This document shows, one piece after another, positions 8,612-17,551 of a DNA stretch of 64,000 nucleotides. The stretch's first letter is position 1, and every line of letters begins with the position of its first letter. A program made the position numbers and the translations under genes. The stretch lies in NCBI GenBank assembly GCA_944393575.1, contig CALYAP010000014.1, positions 2,819 to 66,818 on the forward strand, written 5' to 3'. The notes below the pieces were generated by a model, which was given only the letters and a program-made list of their open reading frames with translations, made no database searches and had not been told where the DNA came from. Origin of the DNA: an uncultured Clostridia bacterium (lineage in GTDB: Bacteria > Bacillota > Dehalobacteriia > UBA4068).

Positions 8612-9351
8612 ATCTTCTAATCTTGAATGCAAGTCCCAAGAAAAAGGGTGGCGCCTCCCGATTTTTCTCGGGTTTATTCCGGCTGTTTCTGCCGGGCATC
8701 CGAAAAAAAGTGGTATCCCTTAGCTGTCAACAAGATTTTCAGCGAGTACTGGAACTATTGCCCGGCATGGATGTGGTATGCCTTTTCGTCCCTCTTTATG
8801 TAGATGGCCTTCCGTCCCATATAGTGGAATTTCTCATCCAAGCGGAGGGATACTGTAAAAATCATCCTTGCCAGTTCCGATTGTATGTACTTGCCAATAA
8901 CGGTTTTGTCGAAGGAAAACAAAATCGACCCGCTCTAAATATGCTTCAGGCGTGGTGTGAAAGGGCAGAAATCACTTGGGGTGGCGGAATCGGAATTGGC
9001 GGCGGGGTGATGCTCCAGGTATTGGGGATCATTTACCCCATCCTGATTGGAATCATCCTGTTGCAAATGGCGTTATCCCTTTGCAGCATCGGCACCATTT
9101 CAGGCGAATTATGGCGTTCTTTCGTCATCCAGATGTTAACATGGCTTTTTCTCAATAGCGGCATGTTGTGGTGTATGGCACGTCTTTCGTCAGCTATCCG
9201 TAGGGAGCGAGTATTGCCCAACCAATTTACGCGGGTCATGATACCCTCTTGGCTGTTTATCCCCATCGCGGACGTATTTATGATTTTATCTTCTCTCTTT
9301 CAAGGCCGCTTTCTTTTCGCACTTTTGCAGCAGGACAAATGGCATAGTTAA
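8608..9351 (+). CDS. NAD(P)H-dependent FMN reductase-like flavodoxin-fold domain fused to a C-terminal multi-TM membrane anchor
   Basis: LILNASPKKKGGASRFF phosphate-loop-like N-terminus and VVCLFVPLYVDGLPSHIVEFL; C-terminal ~100 aa form hydrophobic helices. Confidence 0.55.
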   Translation: MNLLILNASPKKKGGASRFFSGLFRLFLPGIRKKVVSLSCQQDFQRVLELLPGMDVVCLFVPLYVDGLPSHIVEFLIQAEGYCKNHPCQFRLYVLANNGFVEGKQNRPALNMLQAWCERAEITWGGGIGIGGGVMLQVLGIIYPILIGIILLQMALSLCSIGTISGELWRSFVIQMLTWLFLNSGMLWCMARLSSAIRRERVLPNQFTRVMIPSWLFIPIADVFMILSSLFQGRFLFALLQQDKWHS

Positions 9352-9364
9352 TAGGAGGATAGTT

Positions 9365-9910
9365 ATGGAGCATATCATTGTCTACGGCAGCCATTATGGA
9401 AGCACCCGCCGATATGCGGAAAAACTGTCTGAACAAACCGATATTCCGGCGGTTAGTTATAAACAAATGCCAGATCTTTCCGATATAAAAACTATTATCT
9501 ATTTGGGTGGATTGTATGCTGGCGGCGTCCTGGGATTGGCAAAAACCTTGCGGGGCCTCTCCTTGCATGGGGGACAAACGTTGATCATCGTCACAGTGGG
9601 TTTGGCTGACCCCAAAGAACCGGAAAATCGAGAAAATATTCGAGTATCTCTTCAAAGACGGCTTCCGACAGAACTGTTTTGTCGGACGAAAATTTTTCAT
9701 CTTCGAGGGGGTATTGATTACCAGAACCTGAACGTCGGACACCGCACGATAATGGCATTACTGTACCAGTCTGTTTGCAAGACGTCTTGTGAAAAGCAAA
9801 CCGCAGAGAATCGGGCATTTATAGAAACTTATGGAAAACAGGTGGATTTTACAGATTTCCGTGCGTTGCAACCGATTATTGAGGAAATACAGGGGAAACG
9901 ATATGAATAA
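9365..9910 (+). CDS. flavodoxin-domain protein (HemG-like / Flavodoxin_5-type)
   Basis: MEHIIVYGSHYGSTRRYAEKL and IIYLGGLYAGG pattern matches the long-chain flavodoxin/HemG-like family; RBS TAGGAGGA. Confidence 0.6.
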   Translation: MEHIIVYGSHYGSTRRYAEKLSEQTDIPAVSYKQMPDLSDIKTIIYLGGLYAGGVLGLAKTLRGLSLHGGQTLIIVTVGLADPKEPENRENIRVSLQRRLPTELFCRTKIFHLRGGIDYQNLNVGHRTIMALLYQSVCKTSCEKQTAENRAFIETYGKQVDFTDFRALQPIIEEIQGKRYE

Positions 9911-10712
9911 AACCTTTAAAAATATACTGAAAATCCTTCTAATCGGTCTTATCACCACTATCGTCCGCATCATCGGGCAACTTTCTATCCCAGCTGGCGA
10001 GCAGACAGTTCTGGAGCCTAGTGTTTTCGCACAAAACGGTACCATGCCACTGGCTTTTACTGTCTATGGGATTTTCGCTTACTCACTGATTGCTTCGTTG
10101 TTCCTGCTCATCCGGAACCGGTTGGGCGGAAAGCTGATTTTACAGGGTCTGAAATACGGCCTTTCCTGCTGTGTTGTGTGGATTGTTTATCTTTTAGAAC
10201 CTTTACCCCATGTAGCGGTCATTGATCGGATTACTTACCCAGTGGCTGATAGCTTGGCTTTGATTGTTATGGGTTTGCTGCTTGGATGGCTATTTGGAAA
10301 ACCCAAATATTCAGCAGGCCTGCAGAAAACTGCATTTCCTGTCCTTCCAGTGCTGACCGTGACTGCCTGCTTCTTCGCCGGGCGGATGATACAATATTTT
10401 ATCTTTGGCATTTACTCTTCTTTTGATGAGAAACCATTGGAAACGGTACTGTGGTGTCTGTTGACAGGTCTTGCAATCTCCTGTGTGATGTCATGGCTGA
10501 ATCTTTATATTAGCAACGGAAATAGGGTAAAGAGGGCAATGATTTTGGGCTGCCTTTTGTTTGGGGTGGATTTGATTCTCTTCAATTTCTTTATGCCATT
10601 AGTGTTTGATGCAGACATCTCCGATCTGATCCTCCGAAGCTTAATCGACATCCTGGCAGTGACTCTCGGATGTCTGTCATTCTCGAATAAGCGTAATGCC
10701 GTTGAGCTGTAA
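9903..10712 (+). CDS. uncharacterised polytopic membrane protein (~7 TM)
   Basis: ATGA overlap with the upstream flavodoxin gene; hydrophobic throughout; no family recognised. Confidence 0.5.
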   Translation: MNKTFKNILKILLIGLITTIVRIIGQLSIPAGEQTVLEPSVFAQNGTMPLAFTVYGIFAYSLIASLFLLIRNRLGGKLILQGLKYGLSCCVVWIVYLLEPLPHVAVIDRITYPVADSLALIVMGLLLGWLFGKPKYSAGLQKTAFPVLPVLTVTACFFAGRMIQYFIFGIYSSFDEKPLETVLWCLLTGLAISCVMSWLNLYISNGNRVKRAMILGCLLFGVDLILFNFFMPLVFDADISDLILRSLIDILAVTLGCLSFSNKRNAVEL

Positions 10713-10726
10713 GGAAGGGGAACTGG

Positions 10727-11917
10727 ATGCAGGAAAAACGAAGTATTCGCTTTGGGAAATGGGTGCTTAAGGTTGTGGTATCTTATGCGGTGTTTATTAT
10801 CATCGGCCTGCTATTCTCCCTTGTCCCGGCCAGTCGTCTTGGATTGTCTGAAGAAATGTTTTTCAACCTTCGGATGTTTTTCATGCTCTTTGGCCCGATC
10901 TATCTCACCCTGATCGTCAAAATTATTTTGACCTTTATTCCTGCCATAAAAAAGCAGACAAAAGATATCGCCGAAAAAAGCAGGGGAGTTTTGTTTACCA
11001 TCACGGCACTGCTGCTATTTGCTAACCTATCCAATGCGCAGACGGTCTCCGACTTTACAACTGGATATGTCCAGGGCAAAGGATTGCGGAATCTGGAAAA
11101 AAGTAAACGGTATTCCCTGAAAGGCAAGCGTTTTCTAAATGTCTTTCTGCCGGTGGGGTTCTATTTGCTGGTTTTAGAACTGTTGACGCTCATCGTCTGT
11201 ATTGTCGTTTTTGCACCTCTTTCACAGATTGCCAGCCATGCCTTTATTCTTACCATTGCTTTGACCGCCTTGCTGTTGCTTTTGATTCCGCTTATCCTAT
11301 CCTTAATTTCTGGTTATCAGGGAGACAAGGCCGTATATAAAGAAAGGCTCGCACAGGAAAAGCAAGCTGCTGTCCAGTCAGATGTCCGGGTGCTGGAAAC
11401 CGACCCAGTTTGCCGGAAGCGGTATCTCCTGCTGCCAAAAATATTGACACTGTTAGTTTGTCCTGGCGTTTGCTTGATTTCTGGACTTGTACTTTCTCTT
11501 ACCAAGAACGCTCAGGATCTTTTGACCGTCCAGCTATTGAGGAGGCCATTTTTGGTGTTGATGGCTGTCGCCGTTTTCTCCTTTATCCCTCTGCTGATGT
11601 ATTGGGTCAACTGCTCCGGAACATCCTTGGTACAGCGGGTTTATCTTGAACAGAACCAGCTGTATTATACCGGTTACAGTGGCAGCATGGAGGAACGTAG
11701 GGAATTCACCTTTACACTGCTTCAACTGGAGAGCTATCGTGTTGGGAAAAGAGCCATCCGCATCCGAGGGCAGTTTACCAAAAAGACAAAGGATTCTTAC
11801 GCTACCAATAAAAAAGGCCCGTTCACCAAAACATTGTGGCTCCCTCGAACCTTCACGTTGGAACAGGAACAGGCCCTGTTGCAATTTTTACATGATAAAG
11901 CAGCTCATGTTCATTGA
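10727..11917 (+). CDS. uncharacterised membrane protein with N-terminal TM bundle and C-terminal soluble (possibly bacterial PH-like) domain
   Basis: RBS GGAAGGGGAA; multiple TM segments; C-terminal 90 aa are hydrophilic and K/R-rich. Confidence 0.5.
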   Translation: MQEKRSIRFGKWVLKVVVSYAVFIIIGLLFSLVPASRLGLSEEMFFNLRMFFMLFGPIYLTLIVKIILTFIPAIKKQTKDIAEKSRGVLFTITALLLFANLSNAQTVSDFTTGYVQGKGLRNLEKSKRYSLKGKRFLNVFLPVGFYLLVLELLTLIVCIVVFAPLSQIASHAFILTIALTALLLLLIPLILSLISGYQGDKAVYKERLAQEKQAAVQSDVRVLETDPVCRKRYLLLPKILTLLVCPGVCLISGLVLSLTKNAQDLLTVQLLRRPFLVLMAVAVFSFIPLLMYWVNCSGTSLVQRVYLEQNQLYYTGYSGSMEERREFTFTLLQLESYRVGKRAIRIRGQFTKKTKDSYATNKKGPFTKTLWLPRTFTLEQEQALLQFLHDKAAHVH

Positions 11918-12076
11918 CCGTTTTTTACTAGCTATACAAGAAATAAAGGCATAACGACACATAAAAAAGCAATCACTGTGCTGGAAGGCATACATTTCTT
12001 TACTAATTTAATGGATAAATTTTGATGATATTTTATTGTTTCCGACGTATTTCATGAATAGGAGGTGAGTTTGATG

Positions 12077-12253
12077 TACAAAACGGTGGTTGTCAAATAT
12101 TCTCCTAAGGCAAAGGAAATGGCCGTCAGAGTAGAGGAAACGGCCAACAAAATGGAACAGGACGGGTTTGAACTGGTTTCCTGCTCTATCACACCTTCTT
12201 CCAAAGGAATCCTGGTATTCAAAAAATCTGGTGAACTGGCGCTAGAAAAATGA
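12077..12253 (+). CDS. DUF4177-like mini-protein (58 aa)
   Basis: RBS AGGAGGTGA; MYKTVVVKY...DGFELVSCS...ILVFKK pattern recalled for DUF4177. Confidence 0.45.
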   Translation, partial: YKTVVVKYSPKAKEMAVRVEETANKMEQDGFELVSCSITPSSKGILVFKKSGELALEK

Positions 12254-12270
12254 GTCTTTCTTGTCGCAAA

Positions 12271-12315
12271 GAAAAAAGCACTTAGAAGCGAATGGTTCTA
12301 AGTGCTTTTGTTTTT
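12271..12315. terminator. bidirectional rho-independent terminator
   Basis: A6-agcacttagaa-loop-ttctaagtgct-T9. Confidence 0.8.
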
Positions 12316-13217
12316 ATGGTATTCAGAGCAGCGTCTTGTTTGGCCTTTGCCTTTTCTAAATCCTCAAAATCTCCTAAGTCGGTCAGTTGAACTTCCGATG
12401 CGTCTACAGTGAGCAGCACAAGCTGTCACAGCCTTATTTTTATAGCCGATTTTTATTTTCAGAAGCGGTAACCAAAAAATGCTGCTGCCATACATTGTTT
12501 CGTAGCTGATTCAGCTTTTCTCATTGGTCAGTTCTTCAACTTTTTGGATAATATTATAAACATGGCTTCTTCTCGGAGACACAGAAAGATATAAAAACCG
12601 GTCTTTGTCAGCAGTACATACGCTTTACGGATGTGAATATCAATCCCACCAGCCGGAGCAGATATTCATCGAGAATCAGGAATAGACACAATAGAGAAAA
12701 GGGCAAATAAACTATTTGGTTTGTCCGCTCTATATATTTGATTGAGAAATAGTACTATACATCTATATTGACAGCGGTAGAACTGGGTTTCAGGTTGATT
12801 TCTGAGCGCTATGAGTTGATCTCAGAGAGCTCTGAGCACAGTAGCGTGATCCACGCCAGCAACAAGTATTTCAGCCACTGGAGCGAGCCGCTCAGTGACA
12901 ATATACTGAGCCCTGAGCTCCAGGATAGTCTGCTTTTCCATGCTCATGTAGTGAAGCATTTATCGGTTGTGGAACCGTGTTAAGGCCAGTGCCCAGACGG
13001 TTCTGCCGACCAAAATTCTAGCAGCTGGCTGACTGGATGCTAGATTTGCGACGTTGCCAAGTGTTGTTTTGATTCCGGCGGTTGGGGTATCTTCTACATG
13101 GTATTTGAAGCTTTTTCATTCCAGCGTTGGCAATAGAAAGAGTAAACCCACTCACCCCATTTGGGTGGGTATGCGTGAGTGGGAAGATAAAAACAAAATA
13201 TTGCATCATAGAAAACA

Positions 13218-13257
13218 AGACGGGCAGAGTTTGAAAACTCTACCCGTCTTTATTATC
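13218..13257 (+). terminator. rho-independent terminator ending an unannotated, apparently non-coding, plus-strand transcript
   Basis: agacgggcagagtt / aactctacccgtct stem followed by TTTATTAT. Confidence 0.55.
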
Positions 13258-13384
13258 GGTAATTCTCCAATATGATTGCTTTTCCTATAAAACCAATTAT
13301 TCCGGCTGATTCCAAAAGCCGAAAAGAGAAAGCTTCCTTGCAAAGTGTCTCCCGTAAAGGCTGTCTTTTTTGCTTTTCCCCGGG

Positions 13385-13414
13385 GTATAAATGTTTGGGT
13401 TTACGGTAATAATT
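13385..13414 (+). promoter_or_regulatory. forespore sigma-F/sigma-G-type promoter for sigG (GTATA-15-GGTAATAATT)
   Basis: -35 GTATA 13385-13389, 15-nt spacer, -10 GGTAATAATT matches GGnnAnAnTn. Confidence 0.65.
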
Positions 13415-13448
13415 GATTCATAAGCGCCAACTCCGAGGAGTGAATAGC

Positions 13449-14219
13449 TTGCTTAATAAAGTGGAGATCTGCGGTGTTAATACCGCTAAGTTGCCAGTAT
13501 TACCAAATGACAGAATAAATGAATTGTTTGTAGAGATGCAAAAGGGGAATAGAGAGGCCCGGGAGGAGCTGATTGCCGGCAACCTTCGTCTGGTTTTGAG
13601 CGTTATCCAAAGGTTTAATAATAGAGGTGAAAATGCCGATGACCTTTTTCAGGTTGGCTGCATTGGTTTGATAAAAGCAATCGATAATTTTGATCTAAGC
13701 CAAGGCGTACGCCTTTCTACCTACGCTGTGCCGATGATCATTGGTGAGATCCGCCGCTATTTGCGTGATAATAATGCGATTCGTGTTTCCCGCTCTATGC
13801 GTGATATCGCCTACCGTGCGCTCCAGGCCAGAGACGCTTTTGTCAATGAGCATGGTAAGGAACCAACGATCGATGAAATAGCTAAAAAAATAGATTTGCC
13901 GCGCGAAGATGTTATTTTTGCTTTGGACGCAATAGCTGACCCGATATCCTTATTTGAGCCTATCAGCAATGAGAGTGGCGACCCAGTATACATGATGGAT
14001 ATGGTTGGCGATGAAAAATATGGCGAAAAGACCTGGCTGGAATCCCTGAATATCCGGGAAGGATTGTCCAAATTAGGCGAACGGGAGAAAAAGATTATCA
14101 ATCTACGCTTTTTTGTCGGCAAAACGCAGATGGAAGTGGCAGAAGAGATCGGTATTTCTCAGGCGCAGGTGTCACGCTTGGAAAAAGGCGCTTTGATGCA
14201 GCTGCGTAAGTATATTTAA
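13449..14219 (+). CDS. sigG: sporulation sigma factor sigma-G
   Basis: Near-identity over long stretches to B. subtilis SigG as recalled (NKVEICGV, GNLRLVLSVIQRFNNRGE, FQVGCIGL, MIIGEIRRYLRDNN, QMEVAEEIGISQAQVSRLEK). TTG start after a GAGGAG RBS; the track start at 13413 is too long. Confidence 0.93.
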   Translation: MLNKVEICGVNTAKLPVLPNDRINELFVEMQKGNREAREELIAGNLRLVLSVIQRFNNRGENADDLFQVGCIGLIKAIDNFDLSQGVRLSTYAVPMIIGEIRRYLRDNNAIRVSRSMRDIAYRALQARDAFVNEHGKEPTIDEIAKKIDLPREDVIFALDAIADPISLFEPISNESGDPVYMMDMVGDEKYGEKTWLESLNIREGLSKLGEREKKIINLRFFVGKTQMEVAEEIGISQAQVSRLEKGALMQLRKYI

Positions 14220-14319
14220 GCGATGCGGAAATTATTGAAGAAAATTTGCAGTTCTATTTATGAATTCATTTTTTTGCGTGGTTATTTAGAACACGAACAG
14301 CAAGAAGGAGATAAAATAG

Positions 14320-14928
14320 ATGACCAAAACAAAAGTATTTAAGTGGTTAGCGGTAGCTTTGATAATTTTACTCTCGGCCTTATCTTTTTATATTTTTGGT
14401 GATGATAGCCAGGTATTATTTGCTAATGCCAGCGCCAACGAGAAGCCGTTGCGTCTTCATGTTTTAGCTAATAGTGATAGCACAGAAGATCAACAGTTAA
14501 AGCTGCAAGTAAGGGATTTTATTATTACTTTATTAAAGCCGCAGTTAGCTGATATTGAGAATAAAGAAGCAGCTATGAATCTGATTGAGGCAAATATTCC
14601 TCAGTTGACTGAGGCCTGTAATGCGTTCTTGAACGGTAAGGCTGATTATCAGGCTACTTTAGCTCTAGAGAGGGCGGATTTTCCTGAGATAAATTATGAT
14701 GGAATGGTTTTTGCCTCGGGGGAATATGATGCTCTGCGAATCATTCTTGGCGAAGGGGAAGGAAAGAATTGGTGGTGTGTGCTTTTTCCACCGCTATGCT
14801 TTGTTGATCTAGCTTCTGAATATGATCCTGATTTGGCTTTAAGCGTTTGGTCTTCTTATACGGGAGAGCAATCAGATAATGGCGTGCAGATCAAATGGAA
14901 GCTCTCCGAATTGTTTGGCGGCAAATAG
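14320..14928 (+). CDS. spoIIR: stage II sporulation protein R
   Basis: Signal/TM N-terminus, RLHVLANSDS motif, CVLFPPLCF. Confidence 0.85.
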   Translation: MTKTKVFKWLAVALIILLSALSFYIFGDDSQVLFANASANEKPLRLHVLANSDSTEDQQLKLQVRDFIITLLKPQLADIENKEAAMNLIEANIPQLTEACNAFLNGKADYQATLALERADFPEINYDGMVFASGEYDALRIILGEGEGKNWWCVLFPPLCFVDLASEYDPDLALSVWSSYTGEQSDNGVQIKWKLSELFGGK

Positions 14929-14935
14929 TAGTCTT

Positions 14936-15274
14936 TTATAATTCCCATTCCTCCCAGTCATATTCTTTATGTTTGGCAGGTTCGATATCCTGTACTCTGG
15001 TATCGACAATATCTGTTACAATCGGCTTTGAGCGTTCATCTCCAATCAGGATGACGTCAAGGCCGATTTTTTTGATTTTATCCCAGGGAATGATAGTCTC
15101 TTCGCTGCGCACGAAAAAGCCTAAAAAACGGCTTTCACCAGGGATAATAACCGCATCGATAGAACCAGCATTGATATCTATTTCGATATCATAAACATAT
15201 CCTAGTTTTTTCCCATCTATTTCATTGATCACATCTTTGCGACGAAGTTCGGAAATAAGGAACATCTTTATCAC
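14936..15274 (-). CDS. PRC-barrel sporulation protein, YlmC/YmxH family
   Basis: ~110 aa, KIGLDVILIGD PRC-barrel signature, located between spoIIR and nrdR. Confidence 0.8.
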   Translation of the reverse strand: MIKMFLISELRRKDVINEIDGKKLGYVYDIEIDINAGSIDAVIIPGESRFLGFFVRSEETIIPWDKIKKIGLDVILIGDERSKPIVTDIVDTRVQDIEPAKHKEYDWEEWEL

Positions 15275-15469
15275 CTCTTAGCTTTTATATATGCGAATAA
15301 TTGCGGTATCATACCCTAAAACAGTAATTGATAGGAGAATAATTAAAACATATTTATTTCTTAAAAAAGCTTGCAATGCTTTATCTGGTGTTTTATAATA
15401 AAAAATATACTAGATGAAGTATAGCTTGAGCATTAATCTAATCATATATCTACGGTTAGGGGGATATTT

Positions 15470-15949
15470 ATGAGATGCGTTTTTTGTGGACATGAGGACT
15501 CTAAGGTTCTGGATTCCCGTCCGGTAGAAGAAGGTCGGAGCATTCGCCGCCGCAGAGAGTGCCTGGCTTGCGGTAAAAGATTTACTACCTATGAAAGGGT
15601 AGAGGAGCTGCCGCTGATCGTTGTCAAGTCCGATAACCGCCGAGAAATGTTTGATGCTAATAAAATTTTGAACGGTTTGATCAAGGCTTGTGATAAACGA
15701 AGTGTCCCTATCACTGTGCTGGAATCGATCGTTAATGATATTGAAAGAGAGCTGCGCAATAACCTAGAACGTGAGGTTTCTTCCAAGGAGATCGGCGAAC
15801 TAGTAATGGCTCATTTGCGTGGCGTTGATCAGGTAGCGTATGTTCGTTTTGCCAGTGTTTATCGTAAGTTTGAAGATGTCTCTACCTTTATAGACGAAAT
15901 CAAAGCGCTGCAAAAGGAACTGCAGACCACTAAAGCAGAAAATAATTAG
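15470..15949 (+). CDS. nrdR: transcriptional repressor NrdR
   Basis: MRCVFCGHEDSKVLDSR...CLACGKRFTTYE zinc ribbon plus ATP-cone. Confidence 0.95.
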   Translation: MRCVFCGHEDSKVLDSRPVEEGRSIRRRRECLACGKRFTTYERVEELPLIVVKSDNRREMFDANKILNGLIKACDKRSVPITVLESIVNDIERELRNNLEREVSSKEIGELVMAHLRGVDQVAYVRFASVYRKFEDVSTFIDEIKALQKELQTTKAENN

Positions 15950-15972
15950 ACCTTTGTTAATATTATTTTAGC

Positions 15973-16007
15973 AACGCTTCTTGACTGCCAAGAAGCGTTT
16001 TATTTCT
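15973..16007 (+). terminator. rho-independent terminator after nrdR
   Basis: aacgcttctt-gactgcc-aagaagcgtt-TTATTTCT. Confidence 0.8.
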
Positions 16008-16157
16008 GTGAGCTATTTTATGCTTTTTGGCAGGTGATAAGAAGGCAGCAGCAGAAATATTAACTGTTATAGATCTTGTGGTCAACTTTATTGTCGATAA
16101 ATAAATATATGATTTAACGGTAAATTTTAGCTGCTAAGATGGCAAGGAGGTTCGAAG

Positions 16158-16466
16158 ATGCGGATAGAGGAACACCCGATACTCAAGTTTGACCGAGGGA
16201 AAAAGATTACCTTCTATTATAATGGCGAAAAAATAGAAGGCTATGAAAATGAAACTGTTGCTGAGGCCCTGCATGCAGCAGGCATTAGGCGTTTAGGCTA
16301 TTCTCCTGAATTACATCGCCCCCGGGGACTTTTTTGCGCGATAGGTAATTGCTCAAGTTGTTTTATGACTGTTAATGGCGAGCCTAATGTGCGAGTTTGT
16401 GTCTTGAAATGCGCAGAGGGAATGCAAGTAGAGGAGCAGCAGTCCAAGGGGGTAGTAAAAATATGA
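16158..16466 (+). CDS. [2Fe-2S]-binding small subunit (HcnA / opine-oxidase small-subunit type)
   Basis: ~100 aa with C-x-C...C Cys cluster (CAIGNCSSC...VC); RBS AAGGAGG. Confidence 0.75.
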   Translation: MRIEEHPILKFDRGKKITFYYNGEKIEGYENETVAEALHAAGIRRLGYSPELHRPRGLFCAIGNCSSCFMTVNGEPNVRVCVLKCAEGMQVEEQQSKGVVKI

Positions 16467-17551
16467 AGGATATTGAGGTATTGATTATCGGTGGTGGACC
16501 TGCCGGACTTTGCGCTGCCAGTGCTGCAGCCTCTATGGGCGCTAAAGTGCTTATTTGCGAAAGAAACCAAGATCTAGGTGGTCAGTTAATGATCCAGACC
16601 GGCAAATTTTTTGGTAATAAACATGCTGGGATGAGAGGATTCCAGATTGGCGCAGAACTTTTGCAGGAAATTGCTGCTTATCCCCAGATCGAAGTTTGGA
16701 CTGGGGCTACGGTCCTGGGCATTTATGAGGACGGTGTAGTTACCTGCCTTTATCAAGGAGAACATCAAAAGATTAAACCTGCTAAAATCATTATCGCCAC
16801 TGGAGCCTCAGAGAATTTTTTGAGTTTTCCTGGTAATGATTTGCCTGGTGTTTATGCGGCGGGAGCGGCAGAGACCTTGGTTCATGCTGGGGTTAAGCCT
16901 GCAGAAAGAGTTTTGATGGTAGGTGCCGGCAATATCGGCCTTACTGTTAGTTACCAGTTGAAACAATCAGGAGTAGATGTTGCAGCTGTTATCGAGGTAA
17001 TGCCGCAGATCGGTGGTTACCTAGTGCATGCCAGCAAATTGCAAAGATGTGGCATTCCGATCAAAACCTCGATGACAATTGCTGAGGCTTATGGTAATGG
17101 TAAGGTTGAGGGTGCTAAAATCGTTAAGCTAGATGAAAACAGACAGGTTATTCCTGGCTCTGAGGAGGATATCGTTTGTGACGCTATTTGCTTATCAGTA
17201 GGACTTAGCCCCTTGGCTGAACTATGTTGGCTGGCTGGCTGCAAGATGGCTTGTATCCGCGAATTAGGCGGCTGCGTTCCCCTGGTGGATCAAACGATGG
17301 AAACTACAGTATCAGGTGTTTATGCTGCTGGCGATGTCAGCGGGTTGGAGGAGGCTACCACAGCGATGCTGGAAGGCCGCTTGGCCGGAATTAGCGCCGC
17401 AGCTGCTCTTGGTTATAAGGTGGATCAGGCTGCTGAGATGCAGGAAGCCTGCCGTAGGGAGCTCAAAACTCTGCGTTCAGGCCCGATGTCGGAAAAGATT
17501 CGCCACGGATTAGAAAAAATGGCGGCTAAGAGAGGAGCGGTGGTATGCTGA
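16463..17551 (+). CDS. FAD/NAD(P)-binding pyridine-nucleotide-disulfide-type oxidoreductase subunit (HcnB / PDH1-alpha-like)
   Basis: [16 protein letters not shown] Rossmann N-terminus, second GxGxxG (MVGAGNIGL); ATGA overlap with the upstream gene. Confidence 0.8.
   Translation: MKDIEVLIIGGGPAGLCAASAAASMGAKVLICERNQDLGGQLMIQTGKFFGNKHAGMRGFQIGAELLQEIAAYPQIEVWTGATVLGIYEDGVVTCLYQGEHQKIKPAKIIIATGASENFLSFPGNDLPGVYAAGAAETLVHAGVKPAERVLMVGAGNIGLTVSYQLKQSGVDVAAVIEVMPQIGGYLVHASKLQRCGIPIKTSMTIAEAYGNGKVEGAKIVKLDENRQVIPGSEEDIVCDAICLSVGLSPLAELCWLAGCKMACIRELGGCVPLVDQTMETTVSGVYAAGDVSGLEEATTAMLEGRLAGISAAAALGYKVDQAAEMQEACRRELKTLRSGPMSEKIRHGLEKMAAKRGAVVC

Noticed and set aside
12768-13218. 71-aa plus-strand and 66-aa minus-strand ORFs in the 1.1-kb gap upstream of sigG
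   Set aside because: No RBS, biased or odd composition, and they overlap nested hairpins. I treat the region as non-coding or a structured RNA.
12316-13257. Possibility that the gap encodes RNase P RNA, tmRNA, SRP RNA or 6S RNA
   Set aside because: No AAAGTCCGG or ACAGAA (RNase P), no tag-peptide reading frame or tRNA-like ends (tmRNA), and no GGUCAGGUCCGGAAGGAAGCAGC (SRP). Identity left open.
7509-13410. Calling the flavodoxin-fold operon a horizontally acquired island on GC content alone
   Set aside because: My spot counts give ~48% for the island versus 42-53% in core genes. The difference is not convincing without a proper computation.
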